Assembly: GCA_964016885.1 (NCBI GenBank)
Contig: OZ024744.1
Location: forward strand, 13,144,001 to 13,208,000
DNA length: 64,000 bases
Source of the DNA: Eledone cirrhosa
Taxonomy: Eukaryota
Reading direction: 5' to 3'
The notes below the pieces were generated by a model that saw only the letters and a program-made list of their open reading frames with translations, was not told where the DNA came from and made no database searches. Positions 25,101 to 38,449 of this stretch are shown here, one piece after another. Both the position numbers and the translations under genes were made by a program. The stretch's first letter is position 1. Each line of letters opens with the position of its first letter.

Positions 25101-28100
25101 AGATCACAACTCCAATTCTATGGACATGGGGTTTGAAAGACTCAGTAGATTAGAGTGTCACTTCAGTTGAAGCTACTCTCTAAATTGAGAGATCACAACT
25201 CCAATACTATGGACATGTGGTTAGAATGTCTCAGTAGATCAGAGTGTCACTCCTGTTAAAGCTACTCTCTAAATTGAGAGATTACTACTCCCATACTATG
25301 GACATGTGGTTAGAATGTCTCAGTAGATTAGAGTGTCATTCCAGTTAAAGCTACTCTCTAAATTGAGAGATCACAACTCCCATACTATCGACATGTGGGT
25401 AGAATGTCTCAGTAGATCAGAGAGTCACTCAAGTTAAAGCGCCTAATTCTCTAAATTGAGAGATCACAACTCCCATAATATGGACATGTGGTTAGAATGT
25501 CTCAGTAGATTAGAGTGTCACTCCAGTTAAAGCTACTCTCTAAATTGAGAGATCACAACTCCCATACTATCGACATGTGGGTAGAATGTCTCAGTAGATC
25601 AGAGAGTCACTCAAGTTAAAGCGACTAATTCTCTAAATTGAGAGATCACAACTCCAATACTATTGACATGTGGTTAGAATGTCTCAGTAGATCAGAAGGT
25701 CACTCCAGTTAAAGCTACACTCTAAATTGGGAGATCACAACTCCTATACTATGGACATGGGGTTAGAATGTCTCAGTAGATCAGAGTGTCACTCCAGTTA
25801 AAACCACTCTCTAAATTGAGGGATCACAACTCCCATACTATGGACATGTTGTTAGAATGTCTCTGTAGATCAGAGAGTCACTCCAGTTAAAGCCACTCTC
25901 TAAATTGAGAGATCACAACTCCAATAATATGGAGATGGGGTTTGAATGTCTCAGTAGATTAGAGAGTCGCTCAAGTTAAAGCCACTCTCTAAATTGAGAG
26001 ATCACAACACCAATACTATGGACATGTGGTTAGAATGTCTCAGTAGATCAGAGTGTTACTACAGTTAGAGCCACTCTCTTAATTGAGAGATCACAACTTC
26101 CATAATATGGACATGTGGTTAGAATGTCTCAGTAGATCAGAGAGTCACTCCAGTTAAAGCTACTCTCTAAATTGAGAGATCACAACTCCCATACTATGGA
26201 CATGGGGTTTGAATGTCTCAGTAGATCAGAGAGTCACTCCAGTTAAAGCCACTCTCTAAATTGAGAGATCACAACTCCAATACTATGGACATGGGGTTTG
26301 AATGTCTCAGTAGATCAGAGAGTCGCTCAAATTAAAGCCACTCTCTAAATTGAGAGATCACAACTCCAATACTATGGACATGTGGTTAGAATGTCTCAGT
26401 AGATCAGAGAGTCACTTCAGTTAAAGCCACTCTCTAAATTAAGAGATCACAACTTCCATACTATGGACGTGTGGTTAGAATGTCTCAGTAGATCAGAGAA
26501 TCACTCCAGTTAAAGCTACTCTCTAAATTGAGAGATCACAACTCCCACATTATGGAAATGTGGTTACAATGTCTCAGTAGATCAGAGAGTCACTCCAGTT
26601 AAAGCCACTCTCTAAATTAAGAGATCACAACTCCAATACTATGGACATGTGGTTAGAATGTCTCAGTAGATCAGAAAGTCACTCCAGTTAAAGCTACACT
26701 CTAAATTGAGAGATCACAACTCCTATACTATGGACATGGGGTTAGAATGTCTCAGTAGATCAGAGTGTCACTCCAGTTAAAGCCACTCTCTAAGTTGAGG
26801 GATCACAACTCCCATACTATGGACATGTTGTTAGAATGTCTCAGTAGATCAGAGAGTCACTCCAGTTAAAGCCACTCTCTAAATTGAGAGATCACAACTC
26901 CAATTCTATGGACATGGGGTTTGAATGTCTCAGTAGATCAGAGAATCACTCCAGTTAAAGCCACTCTCTAAATTGAGAGATCACAACTCCAATACTATGG
27001 ACATGGGGTTTGAATGTCTCAGTAGATCAGAGAGTCGCTCAAGTTAAAGCCACTGTCTAAATTGAGAGATCACAACTCCAATACTATGGACATGTGGTTA
27101 GAATGTCTCAGTAGATCAGAGAGTCACTCCAGTTAAAGCCACTCTCTAAATTGAGAGATCACAACTCCAACACTATGGATATGGGCTTTGAATGTCTCAG
27201 TAGATCAGAGTGTCACTCCAGTTAAAGCCACTCTCTAAATTGAGGGATCACAACTCCCATACTATGGACATGTTGTTAGAATGTCTCAGTAGATCAGAGA
27301 GTCACTCCAGTTAAAGCCACTCTTTAAAATTGAGAGATCACAACTCCAATACTATGGACATGTGGTTAGAATGTCTCAGTAGATCAGAGAGTCATTCCAG
27401 TTAAAGCCACTCTCTAAATTGAGAGATCACAACTCCCATACTATGGACGTGTGGTTAGAATGTCTCAGTAGATCAGAGAATCACTCCAGTTAAAGCTACA
27501 CTCTAAATTGAGAGATCACAACTCCTATACTATGGACATGGGGTTAGAATGTCTCAGTAGATCAGAGTGTCACTCCATTAAAAGGCACTCTCTAAATTGA
27601 GGGATCACAACTCCCATACTATGGACATGTTGTTAGAATGTCTCAGTAGATCAGAGAGTCACTCCAGTTAAAGCCACTCTCTAAATTGAGAGATCACAAC
27701 TCCAATACTATGGCCATGGGTTTTGAAAGTCTCAGTAGATTAGAGTGTCACTCCAGTTAAAGCTACTCTCTAAATTGAGAGATCACAACTCCAATACTAT
27801 GGACATGGGCTTTGAATGTCTCAGTAGATCAGAGAGTCGCTCAAGTTAAAGCCACTCTCTAAATTGAGATATCACAACTCTAATACTATGGACATGTGGT
27901 TAGAATGTCTCAGTAGATCGGAGTGTCACTCCAGTTAAAGCTACTCTCTAAATTGAGAGATCACATCTCCCATACTATGGACATGGGGTTAGAATGTCTC
28001 AGTAGATCAGAGAGTCACTCTTGTTAAAGCTACTCTTTAAATTGAGAGATCACAACTCCCATACTATGGACATGGGGTTTGAATGTCTCAGTAGATCAGA

Positions 28101-31100
28101 GAGTCACTCCAGTTAAAGCTACTCTCTAAATTGAGAGATCACAACTCCAATACTATGGACATGTGGTTAGAATGTCTCAGTAGATCAGAGAATCACTCTA
28201 GTTAAAGCTACTCTCTAAATTGAGAGATCACAACTCCCATACTATGGACATGTGGTTAGAATGTCTCAGTAGATCAGAGAGTCAGTCCAGTTAGAGCTAC
28301 TCTCTAAATTGAGAGATCACAACTCCTATACTATGGACATGGGGTTAGAATGTCTCAGTAGATCAGAGTGTCACTCCAGTTAAAGCCACTCTCTAAATTG
28401 AGGGATCACAACTCCCATACTATGGACATGTTGTTAGCATGTCTCAGTAGATCAGAGAGTCACTCCAGTTAAAGCCACTCTTTAAAATTGAGAGATCACA
28501 ACTCCAATACTATGGACATGTGGTTAGAATGTCTCAGTAGATCAGAGAGTCATTCCAGTTAAAGCCACTCTCTAAATTGAGAGATCACAACTCCCATACT
28601 ATGGACGTGTGGTTAGAATGTCTCAGTAGATCAGAGAATCACTCCAGTTAAAGCTACACTCTAAATTGAGAGATCACAACTCCTATACTATGGACATGGT
28701 GTTAGAATGTCTCAGTAGATCAGAGTGTCACTCCAGTAAAAGGCACTCTCTAAATTGAGGGATCACAACTCCCATACTATGGACATGTGGTTAGAATGTC
28801 TCAGTAGATCAGAGAATCACTCTAGTTAAAGCTACTCTCTAAATTGAGAGATCACAACTCCCATACTATGGACATGTGGTTACAATGTCTCAGTAGATCA
28901 GAGAGTCAGTCCAGTTAGAGCTACACTCTAAATTGAGAGATCACAACTCCTATACTATGCAAATGGGGTTAGAATGTCTCAGTAGATCAGAGTGTCACTC
29001 CAGTTAAAGCCACTCTCTAAATTGAGGGATCACAACTCCCATACTATGGACATGTTGTTAGCATGTCTCAGTAGATCAGAGAGTCATTCCAGTTAAAGCC
29101 ACTCTCTAAATTGTGAGATCACAACTCCAATTCTATGGACATGGGGTTTGAAAGACTCAGTAGATTAGAGTGTCACTTCAGTTGAAGCTACTCTCTAAAT
29201 TGAGAGATCACAACTCCAATAATATGGACATGTGGTTAGAATGTCTCAGTAGATTAGAGTGTCATTCCAGTTAAAGCTACTCTCTAAATTGAGAGATCAC
29301 AACTCCCATACTATCGACATGTGGGTAGAATGTCTCAGTAGATCAGAGAGTCACTCAAGTTAAAGCGACTAATTCTCTAAATTGAGAGATCACAACTCCC
29401 ATACTATGGACATGTGGTTAGAATGTCTCAGTAGATTAGAGTGTCACTCCAGTTAAAGCTACTCTCTAAATTGAGAGATTACAACTCCTATACTATGGAC
29501 ATGTTGTTAGAATGTCTCAGTAGATCAGAGAGTCACTCCAGTTAAAGCCACTCTCTAAATTGATAGATCACATCTCCCATACTATGGACGTGTGGTTAGA
29601 ATGTCTCAGTAGATCAGAGAATCACTCCAGTTAAAGCTACTCTCTAAATTGAGAGATCACAACTCCCATACTATGGAAATGTGGTTAGAATGTCTCAGTA
29701 GATCAGAGGGTCACTCCAGTTAAGGCCACTCTCTAAATTGAGAGATCACAACTCCAATACTATGGACATGTGGTTAGAATGTCTCAGTAGATCAGAAGGT
29801 CACTCCAGTTAAAGCTACACTCTAAATTGAGAGATCACAACTCCTATACTATGGACATGGGGTTAGAATGTCTCAGTAGATCAGAGTGTCACTCCAGTTA
29901 AAACCACTCTCTAAATTGAGGGATCACAACTCCCATACTATGGACATGTTGTTAGAATGTCTCTGTAGATCAGAGAGTCACTCCAGTTAAAGCCACTCTC
30001 TAAATTGAGAGATCAAAACTCCAATACTATGGAGATGGGGTTTGAATGTCTCAGTAGATTAGAGAGTCGCTCAAGTTAAAGCCACTCTCTAAATTGAGAG
30101 ATCACAACTCCAATACTATGGACATGTGGTTAGAATGTCTCAGTAGATCAGAGTGTTACTACAGTTAGAGCCACTCTCTTAATTGAGAGATCACAACTTC
30201 CATAATATGGACATGTGGTTAGAATGTCTCAGTAGATCAGAGAGTCACTCCAGTTAAAGCTACTCTCTAAATTGAGAGATCACAACTCCCATACTATGGA
30301 CATGGGGTTTGAATGTCTCAGTAGATCAGAGAGTCACTCCAGTTAAAGCCACTCTCTAAATTGAGAGATCACAACTCCAATACTATGGACATGGGGTTTG
30401 AATGTCTCAGTAGATCAGAGAGTCGCTCAAGTTAAAGCCACTCTCTAAATTGAGAGATCACAACTCCAATACTATGGACATGTGGTTAGAATGTCTCAGT
30501 AGATCAGAGAGTCACTTCAGTTAAAGCCACTCTCTAAATTAAGAGATCACAACTTCCATACTATGGACGTGTGGTTAGAATGTCTCAGTAGATCAGAGAG
30601 TCATTCCAGTTAAAGCTACTCTCTAAATTGAGAGATCACAACTCCAATACTATGGTCATGTGGTTAGAATGTCTCAGTAGATCAGAGAGTCACTCCAGTT
30701 AAAGCCACTCTCTAAATTCAGAGATCACAACTCCAACATTATGGACATGGGCTTTGAATGTCTCAGTAGATCAGAGAGTCATTCCAGTTAAAGCCACTCT
30801 CTAAATTGAGAGATCACAACTCCCGTACTATGGACGTGTGGTTAGAATGTCTCAGTAGATCAGAGAATCACTCCAGTTAAAGCTACTCTCTAAATTGAGA
30901 GATCACAACTCCCACATTATGGAAATGTGGTTACAATGTCTCAGTAGATCAGAGAGTCACTCCATTTAAAGCCACTCTCTAAATTAAGAGATCACAACTC
31001 CAATACTATGGACATGTGGTTAGAATGTCTCAGTAGATCAGAAAGTCACTCCAGTTAAAGCTACACTCTAAATTGAGAGATCACAACTCCTATACTATGG

Positions 31101-31943
31101 ACATGGGGTTAGAATGTCTCAGTAGATCAGAGTGTCACTCCAGTTAAAGCCACTCTCTAAGTTGAGGGATCACAACTCCCATACTATGGACATGTTGTTA
31201 GAATGTCTCAGTAGATCAGAGAGTCACTCCAGTTAAAGCCACTCTCTAAATTGAGAGATCACAACTCCAATTCTATGGACATGGGGTTTGAATGTCTCAG
31301 TAGATCAGAGAATCACTCCAGTTAAAGCCACTCTCTAAATTGAGAGATCACAACTCCAATACTATGGACATGGGGTTTGAATGTCTTAGTAGATCAGAGA
31401 GTCGCTCAAGTTAAAGCCACTGTCTAAATTGAGAGATCACAACTCCAATACTATGGACATGTGGTTAGAATGTCTCAGTAGATCAGAGAGTCACTCCAGT
31501 TAAAGCCACTCTCTAAATTGAGAGATCACAACTCCAACACTATGGACATGGGCTTTGAATGTCTCAGTAGATCAGAGTGTCACTCCAGTTAAAGCCACTC
31601 TCTAAATTGAGGGATCACAACTCCCATACTATGGACATGTTGTTAGAATGTCTCAGTAGATCAGAGAGTCACTCCAGTTAAAGCCACTCTTTAAAATTGA
31701 GAGATCACAACTCCAATACTATGGACATGTGGTTAGAATGTCTCAGTAGATCAGAGAGTCATTCCAGTTAAAGCCACTCTCTAAATTGAGAGATCACAAC
31801 TCCCATACTATGGACGTGTGGTTAGAATGTCTCAGTAGATCAGAGAATCACTCCAGTTAAAGCTACACTCTAAATTGAGAGATCACAACTCCTATACTAT
31901 GGACATGGGGTTAGAATGTCTCAGTAGATCAGAGTGTCACTCC
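21021..31943 (+). repeat. Dispersed duplication of an approximately 35-monomer block: 21021-24185 and 28779-31943
   Basis: TGATAGATCACATCT at 21803/29561 and GAGATCAAAACT at 22251/30009 give offset 7758 = 87x89+15. The 15 bp equals the indels counted in between. Confidence 0.88.
23070..28460 (+). repeat. Block duplication with a 38-monomer offset: about 23070-25070 and 26460-28460
   Basis: ACTGTCTAA at 23661/27052 and ATGGCC at 24319/27710 give offset 3391 = 38x89+9. CTCCATTAAAAGGC and GAGATATCACAACTCTAAT are shared by both blocks. Confidence 0.85.
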
Positions 31944-34900
31944 AGTTAAAGCTACTCTCTAAATTGAGAGATCACAACTCCCATACTATGGACATGTGGT
32001 TAGAATGTCTCAGTAGATCAGAGAGTCAGTCCAGTTAGAGCAACTCTCTAAATAGAGAGATCACAACTCCTATACTATGGACATGGGGTTAGAATGTCTC
32101 AGTAGATCAGAGTGTCACTCCAGTTAAAGCCACTCTCTAAATTGAGGGATCACAACTCCCATACTATGGACATGTTGTTAGCATGTCTCAGTAGATCAGA
32201 GAGTCATTCCAGTTAAAGCCACTCTCTAAATTGTGAGATCACAACTCCAATTCTATGGACATGGGGTTTGAAAGACTCAGTAGATTAGAGTGTCACTTCA
32301 GTTGAAGCTACTCTCTAAATTGAGAGATCACAACTCCAATACTATGGACATGTGGTTAGAATGTCTCAGTAGATCAGAGTGTCACTCCTGTTAAAGCTAC
32401 TCTCTAAATTGAGAGATTACAACTCCCATACTATGGACATGGGGTTTGAAAGTCTCAGTAGATTAGAGTGTCACTCCAGTTAAAGCTACTCTCTAAATTG
32501 AGAGATCACAACTCCTATACTATGGACATGGGGTTAGAATGTCTCAGTAGATCAGAGTGTCACTCCAGTTAAAGCCACTTTCTAAATTGAGGGATCACAA
32601 CTCCCATACTATGGACATGTTGTTAGAATGTCTCAGTAGATCAGAGAGTCACTCCAGTTAAAGCCACTCTCTAAATTGAGAGATCACAACTCCCATACTA
32701 TGGACGTGTGGTTAGAATGTCTCAGTAGATCAGAGAATCACTCCAGTTAAAGCTACTCTCTAAATTGAGAGATCACAACTCCAATACTATGGACATGTGG
32801 TTAGAATGTCTCAGTAGATCAGAGTGTTACTACAGTTAGAGCCACTCTCTTAATTGAGAGATCACAACTTCCATAATATGGACATGTGGTTAGAATGTCT
32901 CAGTAGATCAGAGAGTCACTCCAGTTAAAGCTACTCTATAAATTGAGAGATCACAACTCCCATACTATGGACATGGGGTTTGAATGTCTCAGTAGATCAG
33001 AGAGTCACTCCAGTTAAAGCCACTCTCTAAATTGAGAGATCACAACTCCAATACTATGGACATGTGGTTAGAATGTCTCAGTAGATCAGAGAGTCACTTC
33101 AGTTAAAGCCACTCTCTAAATTAAGAGATCACAACTTCCATACTATGGACATGTGGTTAGAATGTCTCAGTAGATCAGAGAGTCACTCCAGTTAAAGCCA
33201 CTCTCTAAATTGAGAGATCACAACTCCAATACTATGGTCATGTGGTTAGAATGTCTCAATAGATCAGAGAGTCACTCCAGTTAAAGCCACTCTCTAAATT
33301 CAGAGATCACAACTCCAACATTATGGACATGGGCTTTGAATGTCTCAGTAGATCAGAGAGTCATTCCAGTTAAAGCCACTCTCTAAATTGAGAGATCACA
33401 ACGCCCGTACTATGGACGTGTGGTTAGAATGTCTCAGTAGATCAGAGAATCACTCCAGTTAAAGCTACTCTCTAAATTGAGAGATCACAACTCCCACATT
33501 ATGGAAATGTGGTTACAATGTCTCAGTAGATCAGAGAGTCACTCCAGTTAAAGCCACTCTCTAAATTGAGAGATCACAACTCCCATACTATGGACGTGTG
33601 GTTAGAATGTCTCAGTAGATCAGAGAATCACTCCAGTTAAAGCTACACTCTAAATTGAGAGATCACAACTCCTATACTATGGACATGGGGTTAGAATGTC
33701 TCAGTAGATTAGAGTGTCACTCCATTAAAAGGCACTCTCTAAATTGAGGGATCACAACTCCCATACTATGGACATGTTGTTAGAATGTCTCAGTAGATCA
33801 GAGAGTCACTCCAGTTAAAGCCACTCTCTAAATTGAGAGATCACAACTCCAATACTATGGCCATCGGTTTTGAAAGTCTCAGTAGATTAGAGTGTCACTC
33901 CAGTTAAAGCTACTCTCTAAATTGAGAGATCACAACTCCAATACTATGGACATGGGCTTTGAATGTCTCAGTAGATCAGAGAGTCGCTCAAGTTAAAGCC
34001 ACTCTCTAAATTGAGATATCACAACTCTAATACTATGGACATGTGGTTAGAATGTCTCAGTAGATCAGAAAGTCACTCCAGTTAAAGCTACACTCTAAAT
34101 TGAGAGATCACAACTCCCATACTATGGACATGGGGTTAGAATGTCTCAGTAGATCAGAGAGTCACTCCAGTTAAAGCCACTCTCTAAATTGAGAGATCAC
34201 AACTCCAATACTATGGCCATCGGTTTTGAAAGTCTCAGTAGATTAGAGTGTCACTCCAGTTAAAGCTCCTCTCTAAATTGAGAGATCACAACTCCAATAC
34301 TATGGACATGGGGTTTGAATGTCTCAGTAGATCAAAGAGTCGCTCAAGTTAAAGCCACTGTCTAAATTGAGAGATCACAACTCCAATACTATGGACATGT
34401 GGTTAGAATGTCTCAGTAGATCAGAGAGTCACTTCAGTTAAAGCCACTCTCTAAATTAAGAGATCACAACTTCCATAATATGGACATGTGGTTAGAATGT
34501 CTCAGTAGATCAGAGAGTCACTCCAGTTAAAGCCACTCTCTAAATTCAGAGATCACAACTCCAACACTATGGACATGGGCTTTGAATGTCTCAGTAGATC
34601 AGAGTGTCACTCCAGTTAAAGTTACTCTCTAAATTGAGAGATCACAACTCCAATAATATGGACATGGGGTTTGAATGTCTCAGTAGATCAGAGTGTCACT
34701 CCAGTTAAAGCTAATCTCTAAATTGAGAGATCACAACTCCAATACTATGGACATGTGGTTAGAATGTCTCAGTAGATCAGAGAGTCATTCCAGTTAAAGC
34801 CACTCTCTAAATTGAAAGATCACAACTCCCGTACTCTGGACGTGCGGTTAGAATGTCTCAGTAGATCAGAGAATCACTCCAGTTAAAGCTACTCTCTAAA

Positions 34901-37900
34901 TTGAGAGATCACATCTCCCATACTATGGACATATGGTTAGAATGTCTCAGTAGATCAGGGAGTCATTCTTGTTAAAGCTACTCTCTAAATTGAGAGATCA
35001 CAACTCCCATACTATGGACATGTGGTTACAATCTCTCAGTAGATCAGAGAGTCATTCCAGTTAAAGCCACTCTCTAAATTGAAAGATCACAACTCCCATA
35101 CTATGGACGTGTGGTTAGAATGTCTCAGTAGATCAGAGAATCACTCCAGTTAAAGCTACTCTCTAAATTGAGAGATCACAACTCCCATACTATGGAAATG
35201 TGGTTAGAATGTCTCAGTAGATCAGAGAGTCACTCCAGTTAAGGCCACTCTCTAAATTGAGAGATCACAACTCCAATACTATGGACATTTTTTTAGAATG
35301 TCTCAGTAGATCAGAAGGTCACTCCAGTTAAAGCTACACTCTAAATTGAGAGATCACAACTCCTATACTATGGACATGGGGTTTGAAAGACTCAGTAGAT
35401 TAGAGTGTCACTTCAGTTGAAGCTACTCTCTAAATTGAGAGATCACAACTCCAATACTATGGACATGTGGTTAGAATGTCTTAGTATATCAGAGTGTCAC
35501 TCCTGTTAAAGCTACTCTCTAAATTGAGAGATTACAACTCCCATATTATGGACATGTGGTTAGAATGTCTCAGTAGATTAGAGTGTCATTCCAGTTAAAG
35601 CTACTCTCTAAATTGAGAGATCAGAACTCCCATACTATGGACATGTGGTTAGAATGTCTCAGTAGACCAGAGAGTCACTCCAGTTAAAGCGACTAATTCT
35701 CTAAATTGAGAGATCACAACTCCCATACTATGGACATGTGGTTAGAATGTCTCAGTAGATTAGAGTGTCATTCCAGTTAAAGCCACTCTCTAAATTGAAA
35801 CATCACAACTCCCATACTATGGACATGTTGTTAGAATGTCTCAGTAGATCAGAGAGTCATTCTAGTTAAAGCCACTCTCTAAATTGAAAGATCACAACTC
35901 CCATACTATGGACGTGTGGTTAGAATGTCTCAGTAGATCAGAGAATCACTCCAGTTAAAGCTACTCTCTAAATTGAGAGATCACAACTCCCATACTATGG
36001 AAATGTGGTTAGAATGTCTCAGTAGATCAGAGAGTCACTCCAGTTAAGGCCACTCTCTAAATTGAGAGATCACAACTCCAATACTATGGACATGTGGTTA
36101 GAATGTCTCAGTAGATCAGAAGGTCACTCCAGTTAAAGCTACACTCTAAATTGAGAGATCACAACTCCTATACTATGGACATGGGGTTTGAAAGACTCAG
36201 TAGATTAGAGTGTCACTTCAGTTGAAGCTACTCTCTAAATTGAGAGATCACAACTCCAATACTATGGACATGTGGTTAGAATGTCTCAGTAGATCAGAGA
36301 GTCACTCCAGTTAAAGCCACTCTCTAAATTCAGAGATCACAACTCCAACACTATGGACATGGGCTTTGAATGTCTCAGTAGATCAGAGTGTCACTCCAGT
36401 TAAAGTTACTCTCTAAATTGAGAGATCACAAATCCAATAATATGGACATGGTGTTTGAATGTCTCAGTAGATCAGAGTGTCACTCCAGTTAAAGCTAATC
36501 TCTAAATTGAGAGATCACAACTCCAATACTATGGACATGTGGTTAGAATGTCTCAGTAGATCAGAGAGTCATTCCAGTTAAAGCCACTCTCTAAATTGAG
36601 AGATCACAACTCCCGTACTATGGACGTGTGGTTAGAATGTCTCAGTAGATCAGAGAATCACTCCAGTTAAAGCTACTCTCTAAATTGAGAGATCACATCT
36701 CCCATACTATGGACATATGGTTAGAATGTCTCAGTAGATCAGGGAGTCATTCTTGTTAAAGCTACTCTCTAAATTGAGAGATCACAACTCCCATACTATG
36801 GAAATGTGGTTAGAATGTCTCAGTAGATCAGAGAGTCACTCCAGTTAAGGCCACTCTCTAAATTGAGAGATCACAACTCCAATACTATGGACATGTGGTT
36901 AGAATGTCTCAGTAGATCAGAAGGTCACTCCAGTTAAAGCTACACTCTAAATTGAGAGATCACAACTCCTATACTATGGACATGGGGTTAGAATGTCTCA
37001 GTAGATCAGAGTGTCACTCCAGTTAAAGCCACTCTCTAAATTGAGGGATCACAACTCCCATACTATGGACATGTTGTTAGAATGTCTCAGTAGATCAGAG
37101 AGTCATTCCAGTTAAAGCCACTCTCTAAATTGTGAGATCACAACTCCAATTCTATGGACATGGGGTTTGAAAGACTCAGTAGATTAGAGTGTCACTTCAG
37201 TTGAAGCTACTCTCTAAATTGAGAGATCACAACTCCAATACTATGGACATGTGGTTAGAATGTCTCAGTAGATCAGAGTGTAACTCCTGTTAAAGCTACT
37301 CTCTAAATTGAGAGATTACAACTCCCATACTATGGACATGTGGTTAGAATGTCTCAGTAGATTAGAGTGTCATTCCAGTTAAAGCTACTCTCTAAATTGA
37401 GAGATCAGAACTCCCATACTATCGACATGTGGGTAGAATGTCTCAGTAGACCAGAGAGTCACTCCAGTTAAAGCGACTAATTCTCTAAATTGAGAGATCA
37501 CAACTCCCATACTATGGACATGTGGTTAGAATGTCTCAGTAGATTAGAGTGTCATTCCAGTTAAAGCTACTCTCTAAATTGAGAGATCACAACTCCAATA
37601 CTATGGACATGTGGTTAGAATGTCTCAGTAGATCAGAGTGTCACTCCAGTTAAAGCTACTTTCTAAATTGAGAGATTACAACTCCTATACTATGGACATG
37701 GGGTTAGAATGTCTCAGTAAATCAGAGTGTCACTCCAGTTAAAGCCACTCTCTAAATTGAAACATCACAACTCCCATACTATGGACATGTTGTTAGAATG
37801 TCTCAGTAGATCAGAGAGTCACTCCAGTTAAAGCCACTCTCTAAATTGAGAGATCACAACTCCAATACTATGGACATGGGCTTTGAATGTCTCAGTAGAT

Positions 37901-38449
37901 CAGAGAGTCGCTCAAGTTAAAGCCACTCTCTAAATTGAGATATCACAACTCTAATACTATGGACATGTGGTTAGAATGTCTCAGTAGATCGGAGTGTCAC
38001 TCCAGTTAAAGCTACTCTCTAAATTGAGAGATCACATCTCCCATACTATGGACATGGGGTTAGAATGTCTCAGTAGATCAGAGAGTTACTCTTGTTAAAG
38101 CTACTCTTTAAATTGAGAGATCACAACTCCCATACTATGGACATGGGGTTTGAATGTTTCAGTAGATCAGAGAGTCACTCCAGTTAAAGCTACTCTCTAA
38201 ATTGAGAGATCACAACTCCAATACTATGGACATGTGGTTAGAATGTCTCAGTAGATCAGAGAATCACTCTAGTTAAAGCTACTCTCTAAATTGAGAGATC
38301 ACAACTCCCATACTATGGACATGTGGTTAGAATGTCTCAGTAGATCAGAGAGTCAGTCCAGTTAGAGCTACTCTCTAAATTGAGAGATCACAACTCCTAT
38401 ACTATGGACATGGGGTTAGAATGTCTCAGTAGATCAGAGTGTCACTCCA

